Below, piece after piece: positions 20,021 through 29,179 of a DNA stretch of 64,000 bases. Made by a program: the position numbers and the translations under genes. The stretch is taken from assembly GCA_005774545.1 (NCBI GenBank), contig VAUL01000005.1:11489-75488 (forward strand), in the 5' to 3' direction. How positions within the stretch are numbered: position 1 is the first letter of the stretch; every line of letters starts with the position of its first letter. The notes below the pieces were generated by a model. The model saw nothing but the letters and a program-made list of their open reading frames with translations. It was not told the origin of the DNA and searched no databases. The stretch is from Deltaproteobacteria bacterium (GTDB taxonomy: Bacteria > Desulfobacterota > Desulfuromonadia > Desulfuromonadales > BM103).

Positions 20021-20566
20021 CTAATCCTTTTCCACCCGAAAGTTCCGCAGCGCGGCCAAACCGCCGTGGAATACCGGCCGGACACATTGACACGGGTCGC
20101 GATTGAGATCGGCACCGCAGACCGGGCAAAGCCCCGCGCATTCCTCGGCGCAAAGCGGATGCTGCGGAAGCGCCATCAAAAGCTCCTGCTCGAGAGCCGG
20201 GCGCAGGTCGATGACATCACCATCGAACGGAATCAGCCCGACCTCGTCTTCGGTCAGTTCCACGTCACCGCCGCTACTCGGTTGAAGCGGGCTCTGCCGA
20301 CTGAACGAAAGGGTCACCTGCAGATCGATCTTCTGCTCGACGGGCTGGAGGCACCGGCTGCACGGGGTGACCACGACGCAGGCCAGCCGCCCCTCGACCT
20401 CGACCAGAGAACCCGCCAACGCCGCGACCAACTCGGCGGAAACGGCGCTGCGGAAAACCACCTCGCCCTGCTCCTGCAGCTCGCAAAGCATCGGAAATCC
20501 ATCAACCGGCTCGTCGAAGACCAATCTGAGCGGACGAACCTTGAGGCTTTCTACCCGGATTTCCAT
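20021..20566 (-). CDS. yceD: YceD/DUF177 family protein (large ribosomal RNA accumulation protein)
   Basis: 181 aa, C-terminal C..C.........CP.CG..L cluster, located immediately upstream of rpmF. Confidence 0.85.
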   Translation of the reverse strand: MEIRVESLKVRPLRLVFDEPVDGFPMLCELQEQGEVVFRSAVSAELVAALAGSLVEVEGRLACVVVTPCSRCLQPVEQKIDLQVTLSFSRQSPLQPSSGGDVELTEDEVGLIPFDGDVIDLRPALEQELLMALPQHPLCAEECAGLCPVCGADLNRDPCQCVRPVFHGGLAALRNFRVEKD

Positions 20567-20604
20567 AGCGTAGCAGGCGCTCCCGAATCCATTTCAGGCT
20601 TGCG

Positions 20605-20634
20605 GTAATATCCACTCCTGACGGGCGCTGTCAA
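20605..20634 (-). promoter_or_regulatory. candidate sigma-70 promoter for yceD-rpmF-plsX-fab operon
   Basis: The minus strand reads TTGACA - 18 nt - TATTAC, about 40 nt upstream of the yceD ATG. Confidence 0.45.
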
Positions 20635-20788
20635 GGGAAATCAGCAACCCGCGGGACGCACCGAGAAACTTGTATTAGCCTATCGGCTGTAAATTTGCAA
20701 GATCATAATCCACGCGGAATTTGGTCGATTGCATTCGCCTTTCAGCTGCGGTAGAAGTGCGCATATTCTTCTTAAGGAGCAGCTGCCG

Positions 20789-21463
20789 ATGCCCGGTCGC
20801 GACCCCTGCCAGGCCCTGCGCGAACTGCTGGAAACGATGCGCGTGCTGCGCGGCCCCGGCGGGTGCCCGTGGGATGCCGAACAGACCCCCGAAACGCTGG
20901 TTCCCTACATCCGCGAGGAGGCCTGCGAAGTCATCGAGGCCATCGAATCAGGCGTGCCGGCAGCAGTTGCCGATGAACTGGGCGACCTGTTGCTGCAGAT
21001 CGTTTTCCAGGCACAAATCTTTTCGGAGCGGGGAGATTTCGATTTCGCCGATGTTGCCGGGGTGATCAACGCAAAACTCGTGCGCCGCCACCCGCATGTC
21101 TTTGCCGACCCCGGGACGCATCTGGACCGCGACCAACTCGCCGAACAGTGGGACCGCATCAAGCGGGAGGAACGGGCGACGCAGACGTCCGCCCTGCCGC
21201 ATCGCCCCCGCCGGCCGTCCAGCCACCTTCCGGCGCTGCAGCAAGCCCAGAAGATCATGGCCTCGAACCTGCGCGCAGAGCCCGGCGCGACATTGATTGA
21301 CCGAGCCGTAATCCTCACGGGCCCCCTTGACGAGGAGAAGCTGGGGATGGCCCTGCTGACCCTGGCGACAGAGGCCACACGCAACGGTCTGGACGCCGAG
21401 CAGTGTCTGCGGCGCACAATCAGCAGGCTTCAGGATCAGCACAACGACAAGGGCGATGACTGA
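20789..21463 (+). CDS. mazG: nucleoside triphosphate pyrophosphohydrolase MazG
   Basis: L.E.M..LRGPGGCPWD.EQT...L.PY..EE..EV.EAI......ELGDLLLQ..F.AQ; AAGGAG SD before ATG 20789. Confidence 0.9.
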   Translation: MPGRDPCQALRELLETMRVLRGPGGCPWDAEQTPETLVPYIREEACEVIEAIESGVPAAVADELGDLLLQIVFQAQIFSERGDFDFADVAGVINAKLVRRHPHVFADPGTHLDRDQLAEQWDRIKREERATQTSALPHRPRRPSSHLPALQQAQKIMASNLRAEPGATLIDRAVILTGPLDEEKLGMALLTLATEATRNGLDAEQCLRRTISRLQDQHNDKGDD

Positions 21464-21535
21464 CAAATCTAATGAGAATACCGCCTGCCTTGAGGTCGAA
21501 AACAAAAAAGCGCGACGTTTCAACGACCTTCCCGG

Positions 21536-21560
21536 CTTGTCCACAAATTTTGTGGACAAG
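21536..21560. promoter_or_regulatory. perfect 12-1-12 palindrome CTTGTCCACAAA-T-TTTGTGGACAAG (two head-to-head DnaA-box-like 9-mers TTGTCCACA)
   Basis: Read directly from the sequence. Lies in an AT-rich 285-nt mazG-fxsA spacer. Confidence 0.5.
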
Positions 21561-21749
21561 CTGTTGAAAAGCATGTTCACAACTTTCTCGCCCAACCCGC
21601 ATTCGACACCTTCTGCAGACTGCCTAAATTATGAGCACACATCATTCATAGTTTTTTCAATAGGTTAGCAAAAGAAGCCGCCTTGACCGCAGCAACAATC
21701 ACTTTCTACATCGATCTGACAAACTTCTCACAACGTGACACGGGGAACC

Positions 21750-22142
21750 ATGTTCATAAAGCTGCTTGTCCTCATTACCTTGCTGCCGATCATCGAGATC
21801 TACGTCCTCATTGAAAGCGGCCGGATGATCGGGGTTCTGCCGACAGTCCTGCTCGTCATCCTGACCGGCATAGCGGGCAGTTGGCTGATGCGACAACAGG
21901 GATTCGTCCTGCTGACAAGGGTTCAACGCGAACTGGCCAACGGCCAGCTGCCGGCCGGAGCCTTGCTCGACGGGGCATTGATCATCGCCGGAGGCATCCT
22001 GCTTCTCACCCCGGGCTTCTGCACCGACCTGCTGGGCGTCACCATGCTGCTCCCGCTACCGCGCCGACTGTGGCGCGGCTGGCTCCAGCGCTGGCTGACC
22101 AACCAGCTTGCATCGGGACGGATGGTCGTCCGCCGGTTCTGA
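21750..22142 (+). CDS. fxsA: FxsA family membrane protein
   Basis: MFIKLLVLITLLPIIEIYVLIE.G...G...T...V..TG..G..L.R.QG......LLL.PGF.TD..G..LL.P..R. Confidence 0.88.
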   Translation: MFIKLLVLITLLPIIEIYVLIESGRMIGVLPTVLLVILTGIAGSWLMRQQGFVLLTRVQRELANGQLPAGALLDGALIIAGGILLLTPGFCTDLLGVTMLLPLPRRLWRGWLQRWLTNQLASGRMVVRRF

Positions 22143-22207
22143 CAACCAAGGAGTTCACTTTAGGCGCGGCAAATAGTCTCGAGAGGGTTGACACGACAAA
22201 AAACCCT

Positions 22208-23257
22208 ATGTTACGGTCCGCCGCGATGTTGCAGCAAACCTGTCGCACCAAATGGCGCCCCCTCGCGGGTTTACCTCTCTGGCTGACCGGAATCGTCATG
22301 ATCTCCGCGGTCTTTTCGGCCGGTTGCCGCCAGTCGTCCCCCCTCTCCCAGTCACAACCGCCTGCGACCCCGTCCACGGCAACGGTCAAGATCGTTGAAC
22401 CGGACGACCTGGAAACCCTGCAGAAGAGCTTCAAAGCGCACGCCTACAGCTGGGAGAGCCTCGATACCGGGGTGCCGCCACTCATCGTGACGCGCTTCCC
22501 CGACGACCTCGACCACAGACTCGATCCTGAAGAGAAAAAACGGACTTTTCTGCTCAGCCTGCTGCCGATGGTGCTGCTGGCCAATCAGGCAATCGAGGCA
22601 GAGCGCCAGGAGATCGAAGCGCTCTTTGCGCGCCATGATCGCACCGGACTGCTGACCGAAGATGAACGCAAGCGCCTCCAGGAGATGGCTGACTACTACC
22701 GACTGGAGAGCGACCCGCTGCAAGATCGCCGTACCCGGGCCCTCCTCCTGCACCGGGTCGATATCCTTCCGCCCTCTCTGGTCCTTGCCCAGGCGGCGGC
22801 AGAATCCGGGTGGGGGACATCGCGATTTGCCAAGGAGGGGAACAACCTCTTCGGGCAGAGAACCTATCGGACCGGCAACGGCATCGTCCCGGCCAATCGC
22901 CCGGCGGGAGAGACTCACGAAGTCAAGCGCTTCGGCAGCCTGTTCGAATCGGTACGCAGTTACATGCGCAACCTCAACACGCACCAGGCGTACCGGGAAT
23001 TCCGGGAATTGCGCGCCAAACTGCGCCGCAGCGACCATCCCCTCAACGGCGCGGCGCTGGCCTCCGGGCTGGATTCCTATTCGGTGCGCAACGATGATTA
23101 TATCGCCGATGTGCGAACCATCATCCACAGCAACGACCTGGCGAGAACCAATCAGGCGTTTCTGCGGGCCGACACCCCGTATTCGACTCCCTCCTTCATT
23201 CCGACCATGGCGGAACTGCTGGCCAGCAAGGCCGAAGCCGCCGACCTGCCGCGCTAA
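22208..23257 (+). CDS. Bax-like protein with glucosaminidase (mannosyl-glycoprotein endo-beta-N-acetylglucosaminidase) domain, probable lipoprotein
   Basis: LAQAAAESGWGTSRFAKEGNNLFGQRTY motif. N-terminal hydrophobic segment ends in a VFSAGC lipobox. Start uncertain (22208, 22226 or later). Confidence 0.7.
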   Translation: MLRSAAMLQQTCRTKWRPLAGLPLWLTGIVMISAVFSAGCRQSSPLSQSQPPATPSTATVKIVEPDDLETLQKSFKAHAYSWESLDTGVPPLIVTRFPDDLDHRLDPEEKKRTFLLSLLPMVLLANQAIEAERQEIEALFARHDRTGLLTEDERKRLQEMADYYRLESDPLQDRRTRALLLHRVDILPPSLVLAQAAAESGWGTSRFAKEGNNLFGQRTYRTGNGIVPANRPAGETHEVKRFGSLFESVRSYMRNLNTHQAYREFRELRAKLRRSDHPLNGAALASGLDSYSVRNDDYIADVRTIIHSNDLARTNQAFLRADTPYSTPSFIPTMAELLASKAEAADLPR

Positions 23258-23354
23258 CACTCCCCCGGCATACGACCGCCCCTCGCGCCCCTCGCCTTCC
23301 GGCGATCGGGGCCGACATATCGCAGCCTCTAATTATCGGGAAACGTACGAAACG

Positions 23355-24398
23355 TCAGAAACGCGGGCGGACCCAGAGCTGGCTGTACCACATCCAGTTC
23401 CCCTGACGGTCCGTTGCCGTCAGCGTGTATTTGCTGCGTCGGCCATCCAGCGGCGCAACCGCCCGGACTTCATAGATGCCGGCGACCGCATCGATGGCCG
23501 TCACCCTGGCAGGCGACTGACCGGGGACGTAACAGCGCAGGGTGCGCGGATTCGTTGTGTCGCCCACCTTGATCCGCCAGACCGGCGGGTTGACCGTATC
23601 GACGATAGTATCCCCGGGAGAAAGCACTTGCAGGGGGAGGGCCCGGAAGCGCAGCCGGTCGCGGAATTCCTTGACGGGGCCATAACCGCCGGCAGCCGGG
23701 AAGCGCGGCAGGGCGAAAAGATCCTGACCGCGGCCGATCACCCCGGACTGCTGCCCGAAAGCAGCCACAAAGCCAAGCTCGCGCACGACACCCATCAGGT
23801 CGCTGCTGAATTCCCCGTAAGGATAGGCAAACAGACGCGGAGTGACGCCGAGCCGCGCGGTCAGTTCCTCCTGGGCACGGCGGATGCCGGCCTTGGCCCG
23901 CTCGCGCCATGCCGCGCGGGTCTCTCCCGGCAACCGGTCGAGCAGGTAGTCGTGAGCCGCCGAGTGGTTGCCGATGTCGATCCCCTGTTGAGCCAGCCGG
24001 CGCAACTCATCCCAGGTCAGGTAATCCGGACCGTCCATTTCCCCGGAATTGACGAACACCGTGGCCGGGTAGCCGTATTCGCGCAGCAGCGGCACCGCCC
24101 CGCGCAGAAACGAGCGAAAGGCATCATCGACGGTGATGGCAACGCAGCGTTCCGGCAGCGGCAGACCGTTGCGCAGTCGCTCGGCGATATCGGCGGCGGG
24201 GAGGACAGTGTACCCCCCGGTCCTGAGCGTCTCAAGGTGCGCGCGGAAATCCGCCAGTGACGTATTGGTGCTGGGATAGCGAGCGTCACCGAAACGGTGA
24301 TAGATGAAGACCGTCGCATGATCGGCACCGACGGCGGTCAACGGCAGAGTCAGGGAAAAGGCCGCAAAAAGAAGAATCGACAGGAAGCAAATTCGCAT
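23355..24398 (-). CDS. polysaccharide deacetylase (NodB homology) family protein, secreted
   Basis: Signal peptide MRICFLSILLFAAFSLTLPLTAVGA. The NodB-type block is VAITVDDAFRSF...TVFVN......LTW.ELR.L...G..IGNHS..H. Start trimmed to ATG 24396-24398. Confidence 0.8.
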   Translation of the reverse strand: MRICFLSILLFAAFSLTLPLTAVGADHATVFIYHRFGDARYPSTNTSLADFRAHLETLRTGGYTVLPAADIAERLRNGLPLPERCVAITVDDAFRSFLRGAVPLLREYGYPATVFVNSGEMDGPDYLTWDELRRLAQQGIDIGNHSAAHDYLLDRLPGETRAAWRERAKAGIRRAQEELTARLGVTPRLFAYPYGEFSSDLMGVVRELGFVAAFGQQSGVIGRGQDLFALPRFPAAGGYGPVKEFRDRLRFRALPLQVLSPGDTIVDTVNPPVWRIKVGDTTNPRTLRCYVPGQSPARVTAIDAVAGIYEVRAVAPLDGRRSKYTLTATDRQGNWMWYSQLWVRPRF

Positions 24399-24399
24399 T

Positions 24400-25899
24400 C
24401 TAGGGCTGATCCGAAGGTTTTCGCCCGGGCGTCTGGCGGACCTTGCTGCGCAGGTATCGGCGGATGTTGTTGCGCGCCCGGGGGGTGATCGCCCACTCCA
24501 TCCACTTGGGGAGAACCGCCGGTTGCTCGACGGTTTCGATCGCCACCTGGTCGCCATCCATCAGGCGGGCCTTGAGTTGGCGGATCTTGCCGTTGATCCG
24601 GGCCCGCGAGGCATGCAGGCCGAGCTGTTCGTGAATGGTGAAGGCGAAGTCGAGGGCGCTGCTCCCTTCCGGCAGGGTGCGCACCTCCCCTTTGGGGGTG
24701 TAGACCTGGATCGAGGCCGAGGCCAGGCGGAGGCTCTCCATATCGAAGGCTGATTCGCCCTCGACCAGAGAACGCATCAGTTCCTCGAAGCTTGCCCGCC
24801 GGAATTCGAAGCCCGGCGCCAGCACGCCGGCCTCGTTGAAACGGGCCAGCTTGCGCGTGGTGATCTCGACCCGCAGGCGCAGTTCCCGGGCCTGCACCGT
24901 CGTCTTCAACGCCTGGTAGCCGAACTGCGAAGGAGCATGGATGTGATCACGCAGTTTTCCGGGAATCGGGGCGTAGAGGCGATGCAGCAACCCCAGCGCC
25001 AGGTAGGCATCCATGGTGCGATCGACCAGGATATCGAGCGTATAGAGCGACGAGAGCCCGCGCGCCGTGGTGCGCGCGGCAGCGATGGAAAACGGCCGCC
25101 AGCGGTCGAGTACGGTGGCATTCAACTTGTGGTGCTCGAGAATGTTGTGAATCTCGGAGCGAACCCGGCCGAGTGTCGCCTCGTGGCGAGTCCGGACCTC
25201 GTTGACGATGGCCCGGTAACGCCGGGCCCGGGTCGGGTAAAGGATGTTGAGGGACAAGGCGTCGAGATCGACGGACACCCTCCCCATCCCCAGATGCTGC
25301 GCCAGCGGGACATAGATCGTCCGGGTCTCTTCGGCGATCAGCGATTGCTTGCGCGGGTTCAGCGCGCCGATCGTCTGGAGGTTGTCGATGCGGTCCCAGA
25401 ATTTCAGGCAGAGGACGCGGACATCCCTGACCGCCAGCAGCAGCTGCTTGCGATAGGTCTGCTCCTTGATGGCCTCGCGGCTGAGCAGTTTGTCGTCAAC
25501 CTTGGTCAGACCGTCAACCAGCAGGCTCACCTCGGCGCCGAACTGGGCCCGGATCTCCTCGAGGGTGGTCGGCGTATCCTCGACCACATCATGCAGCAGG
25601 GCAGCCAGCACCGAAGCGAAATCCATCCAGTGACGGGCGGCCAGATGGGCCACCCGGAGGGGGTGGAAGAAATACGGCTCGCCGGATTTGCGCTTCTGGT
25701 GACGGTGTGCTTCCCGCGCCGCGACGATCGCCCGCTGCAGATCGTCAATCGAGCGATCGAGCGCGTCCTCGCTGAGACTGCCGCCGTGATGAGTGACGAG
25801 CAGCTCCATGATCTCGCTGATCAGGCGCTGCTCGAGTCGCTCGTCGAACGGTTCGGCGGCGGACGTTTTAGAGCTGGCGGTTCCGGGCGGGGAGTCCAT
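24400..25899 (-). CDS. RelA/SpoT-homolog: HD (p)ppGpp hydrolase domain, degenerate synthetase-like domain, TGS domain
   Basis: The HD domain reads HRHQKRKSGEPYFFHPLRVA...LLHDVVEDT. The synthetase-like block GKLRDHIHAPSQFGYQALKT...RVEITT replaces the canonical YQSLHT...EVQIRT. The TGS domain is IQVYTPKGEVRTLPEGSSALDFAFTIH. No ACT/RRM tail; 499 aa. Confidence 0.8.
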   Translation of the reverse strand: MDSPPGTASSKTSAAEPFDERLEQRLISEIMELLVTHHGGSLSEDALDRSIDDLQRAIVAAREAHRHQKRKSGEPYFFHPLRVAHLAARHWMDFASVLAALLHDVVEDTPTTLEEIRAQFGAEVSLLVDGLTKVDDKLLSREAIKEQTYRKQLLLAVRDVRVLCLKFWDRIDNLQTIGALNPRKQSLIAEETRTIYVPLAQHLGMGRVSVDLDALSLNILYPTRARRYRAIVNEVRTRHEATLGRVRSEIHNILEHHKLNATVLDRWRPFSIAAARTTARGLSSLYTLDILVDRTMDAYLALGLLHRLYAPIPGKLRDHIHAPSQFGYQALKTTVQARELRLRVEITTRKLARFNEAGVLAPGFEFRRASFEELMRSLVEGESAFDMESLRLASASIQVYTPKGEVRTLPEGSSALDFAFTIHEQLGLHASRARINGKIRQLKARLMDGDQVAIETVEQPAVLPKWMEWAITPRARNNIRRYLRSKVRQTPGRKPSDQP

Positions 25900-25931
25900 G
25901 CTCGATTCCTGAGAGTCAGCCCACAGCCAGG

Positions 25932-26279
25932 TCAGCCCGGCGGCCAGCCGAGATCGCGACCACCCAACAGGTGGAAATGAATGTGCCAGACGGTCTGTCC
26001 GGCGGCGGCATTACAGTTGTTGACCACCCTGAAGCCGTCCTCGGCGATGCCGAGGTCGCGGGCGATGCGACCGGCAACCTGATAAACATGGCCGACCAGC
26101 TGATTGTCCGCGGTCGTCAGATCGACCGTCGTACGGATATGCTTGCGCGGGACGATGAGCAGGTGATACGGCGCCTGGGGGTTGATATCCTCCAGCACGA
26201 CGACCTGTTCGTCCCGATAGACGAACTTGCCGGGAATCTCCCCGGCAATGATCTTACAAAAGATGCAGCTGTCCGGCAT
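25932..26279 (-). CDS. HIT (histidine triad) family protein
   Basis: CIFCKII.GEIP...VY.D......DI.P.AP.H.L..P..H......GQTV.H.HFHLLGG. Confidence 0.92.
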   Translation of the reverse strand: MPDSCIFCKIIAGEIPGKFVYRDEQVVVLEDINPQAPYHLLIVPRKHIRTTVDLTTADNQLVGHVYQVAGRIARDLGIAEDGFRVVNNCNAAAGQTVWHIHFHLLGGRDLGWPPG

Positions 26280-28152
26280 CGCTGTCCTCCTCCGTGGTTG
26301 CAGGCCGTTGATTCGGCGCCTGTTTCAGGCTGATCACATGCCAGCGCTCACGCCCGCCCCGTCGTGCCAGATCCTCGTCGCAACTCGCGAACAGCAGCTG
26401 ATGCTCGACGGCAAATCGCTCGAGTTCACGCAGGACGGCCTGCTGGCGCCTGGCGTCATGTGCCGACAGATCGTCGACCGTCAGGGGGAGAAGACCGCCA
26501 CTCAAGCGGGCGCACGCCAGGCGGATCGCCAGCACCAGGGCGTCGCGCGTGCCGCGGCTGCACGAGGACGGGGCCGCCCAGCGGCCGGGGGCCACTTCAA
26601 GCCGCAAGCCGCCCTCTTCCACGCGGATGTCGCGATGACGGCCGGCGGTCAGCCGCTCCAGGTGCTGGCAGATCGACTGCAGCAGCTGCTTCTCGGTCCA
26701 GACCGGCCAGGGCGTCGATGACGTATCGGCGCCGGCTGCGGTCGCCGTCCCGTTGCGCAGGGCGTTGAGACGGGCTTCGCGCCGGCGCAGGCTCTCGCCA
26801 AGCTCGGCCAGACGCGCTTCCGCCTCGGGGAGCTCCTCGGGGCGAAGATGCCGGTCGCCGGCCGGCGTCTCGCCGGAGCCCGGAACGGAGGTTCCATCGG
26901 CCCCCAGGCGGGCACAGACGTCGTGGTACTGCCTGATCAGAGCTTCGTTGCGGCGGTACAACTGCTCGAGCTTGACCATTTCGACCGGCGCCGACGGCAG
27001 ACCGCAGAACTCGAACTGCTCTGCCAGTTCGCTTTGCCGGGCCAGGGCGTCGGCCCGCCGGATCTCGACGCCCTGCAATTGCTGGTCGAGCAGATCCCGC
27101 TCCCCCCTGGCGCGGTTCAAGCGCACCAGGAAGACCCCCCAGATGATCAGCAGGGCGATACTGCAGCCACCGGCCAGCGGCAGCCACCACGGTTGTTTCA
27201 GCCAGTAGGCGGCACCGGGTCCGGCAGCACCGATGACGGTCGTCAACAGGGGCCAGAGGAGCCCGGGCATGACGACGCCCGACCGGCGGCGCTGCAGCGG
27301 GGTCAGTTCAAGCTGAAGGGCCGCCAGTTCCTGTCGAAGCCCCTCCGCCGTTTCGAACATTGCCGGCAGATCGGCAGGCAGCTTGGCCGGAAGCCCCTGC
27401 TCTTTCAGCCTGGCCAGCAACTCGGCGCGCTGCCGCTCGAGATCCGCGTCCTTTTTTGCAGTCTTGCCGGCATTCTTGCCGGATGCGGGCGCAGTTTTCG
27501 CCTCTCGCTCCCAGCGCTTGCGAATCCAGGCGAGATAGTCCTGCCCCTTGCGGTAATCCTCGCGATCAACGGCCAGTTCGGCCTCAAGCGCCTGAATCTC
27601 CTGTTCCCGCTGTGCCGGATCGGCAGAAGCGGCGGCCATGGGCCGAGAGCGCTCATCATCCGCGGCGCCGGCGGCCACCAGGCCATCGGCCAGCCGCCCG
27701 TCTGCCGTCAGAACCGCCTCGGGGTTGGCAGCATCGAGCAATGCACGCATCAGGGCTTCGCCGCGAATGGAAAAAAGCCGCTCCAACTCGCAAAGGTAGT
27801 CGCCGTAATCGGCATTTTCCGTTCCCGGCGGGAGCTTGCCGGCGAAGCATTCGCGCCAGGAACCGGTCCGGTTCTCCTCAAGCCGCACCAGGTTGCTCTC
27901 CAGATCCCGCGACAGGCGCACGCCGCCCTCACCGCCCTCGAAGAGCAGGGTGACCCGGCAGTTGAGGGTGTCGCCCCAACTGCGCAGGCGCGAACCGTGT
28001 TCGACCCCGAGGACTGCCGCCGGCAGCGCCGCCAGCAACAGGCTCTTACCGGAATCGTTTTCTCCGGAAAGCAGATTGAAACCGCGCCGAAACTCGAATT
28101 CGGCGGTCCCGAAACATCCGAAACGTTCGAAAGAAATGCGCCGCAGGATCAT
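26254..28152 (-). CDS. SMC/YhaN-like AAA ATPase with central coiled-coil and two predicted transmembrane helices
   Basis: Walker A GENDSGKS. The middle is Q/E/L/R-rich with hydrophobic helices LLWPLLTTVIGAAGPGAAYWL and WWLPLAGGCSIALLIIWGVFLV. The C-terminus has a signature-like SRGTRDAL and Walker B LLPLTVDD. Start ambiguous (ATG 28152 or GTG 28164). Confidence 0.7.
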   Translation of the reverse strand: MILRRISFERFGCFGTAEFEFRRGFNLLSGENDSGKSLLLAALPAAVLGVEHGSRLRSWGDTLNCRVTLLFEGGEGGVRLSRDLESNLVRLEENRTGSWRECFAGKLPPGTENADYGDYLCELERLFSIRGEALMRALLDAANPEAVLTADGRLADGLVAAGAADDERSRPMAAASADPAQREQEIQALEAELAVDREDYRKGQDYLAWIRKRWEREAKTAPASGKNAGKTAKKDADLERQRAELLARLKEQGLPAKLPADLPAMFETAEGLRQELAALQLELTPLQRRRSGVVMPGLLWPLLTTVIGAAGPGAAYWLKQPWWLPLAGGCSIALLIIWGVFLVRLNRARGERDLLDQQLQGVEIRRADALARQSELAEQFEFCGLPSAPVEMVKLEQLYRRNEALIRQYHDVCARLGADGTSVPGSGETPAGDRHLRPEELPEAEARLAELGESLRRREARLNALRNGTATAAGADTSSTPWPVWTEKQLLQSICQHLERLTAGRHRDIRVEEGGLRLEVAPGRWAAPSSCSRGTRDALVLAIRLACARLSGGLLPLTVDDLSAHDARRQQAVLRELERFAVEHQLLFASCDEDLARRGGRERWHVISLKQAPNQRPATTEEDSDAGQLHLL

Positions 28153-28203
28153 GAGCGGCCCCACGCGGAGAACTGGGTCGAATAATGCACGGTCCTCTCC
28201 CTG

Positions 28204-29166
28204 TCAGGACTCATCGGACAATAACTCTGGATAATAACAGATATTCGCGTGACAGGCAGCCCCGAAACGACGGCGATGCGCGATTATCGCCCGACGCCGG
28301 TAGGCTGCGAAATCCGGCTCGGTATCGGCAAGCTCGATGAATTCTCGGGCGAGCCGGATGTTGCTGACCTTTTGCGCGGTCGGCGCACCGCGACCGACCA
28401 GCTTGAGGCCGTCGATCCCGCTGCGCCGGAGCAGCGGGATGGCACAGAGGCCGCACCCGTGACGGCGGTCGGTAGCGGACCAGCTGGCCTGATTGGCCAT
28501 TGCCGCAGCCAGCGCGGCAGACCCGTTACCATCAACCGGCGAAATCTCGTAGGAGATCTCGCACGGCCAGATCCGCTCGGGGTTGACGTGATGGAAGGTA
28601 CACAGGCCTTCCGTGTTGGGGCATTTACCGACGAGCAAGAAGGCGTCGCAACGGACTTCCGGCACAGCGGCGGCAATCGCGGCCATCTCCGCAACCGTCA
28701 TGTGCCGCGGCAGAATTGCGCGACGCACCCCCTGGGCGGCATAGAAGCGCAGTGCCCCGCTGTTGCTGATATGGGCCATGGTGCTGGCATGCAGCTCCAG
28801 TTGCGGATAGCGTTCGCGCACCAGGCGCAATACGCCGAGATCGGCGAGTATCAGCCCGTCGATGCCGAGCGCCGTCATGCGATCGAGATAATCGAGCAGC
28901 AGCGGCAACTGGGCGTCGCTGTAAAACGGCGCGTTGAGCGTCAGGGCGAAGTGCCGGCCGGCACCGTGAACCAGCCGGATGATCGCGGCCAGTTCCGCCT
29001 CGTTCGCAATCTGGGCCGCCGCGAAGGTCCGCTGGTTGAGCGAAGCGAGCAGGCTGTAGTTTTCCCGCCACTCCGGGGGGACGAACCCGCCGTAAAGTTC
29101 CGCGGCGCCCGCCTCCAGAAGGCGTTCGGTCTCGGCCAGATGATCGACGGGGGAAATGATCCTCAT
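28204..29166 (-). CDS. peptidase U32 family protein (short form, Cys-rich C-terminal half)
   Basis: ISPV..L...E.L.EAGA.ELYGG...LTLNAP......L...L..L...GIDGLILADLG.L.L.RE.YP.L.LHAST......N...RAILPR..T..E. Cysteines occur at GKCPNTEGLC, WPC and HGCGLC. Confidence 0.7.
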   Translation of the reverse strand: MRIISPVDHLAETERLLEAGAAELYGGFVPPEWRENYSLLASLNQRTFAAAQIANEAELAAIIRLVHGAGRHFALTLNAPFYSDAQLPLLLDYLDRMTALGIDGLILADLGVLRLVRERYPQLELHASTMAHISNSGALRFYAAQGVRRAILPRHMTVAEMAAIAAAVPEVRCDAFLLVGKCPNTEGLCTFHHVNPERIWPCEISYEISPVDGNGSAALAAAMANQASWSATDRRHGCGLCAIPLLRRSGIDGLKLVGRGAPTAQKVSNIRLAREFIELADTEPDFAAYRRRAIIAHRRRFGAACHANICYYPELLSDES

Positions 29167-29179
29167 GCTCTCTATCGTA

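Noticed and set aside
20672-20700. Second candidate promoter TTGCAA-17-TAATAC on the minus strand upstream of yceD
   Set aside because: Plausible but weaker than the TTGACA-18-TATTAC element at 20605-20634. It cannot be distinguished from that element without 5'-end data, so it is not listed as a feature.
21456-21668. 70-codon ORF overlapping the mazG stop (ATGACTGA) as a real coupled gene
   Set aside because: It has AT-rich, atypical codon usage for this genome, no recognisable family, and contains the perfect palindrome. More likely non-coding, though not excluded (see finding).
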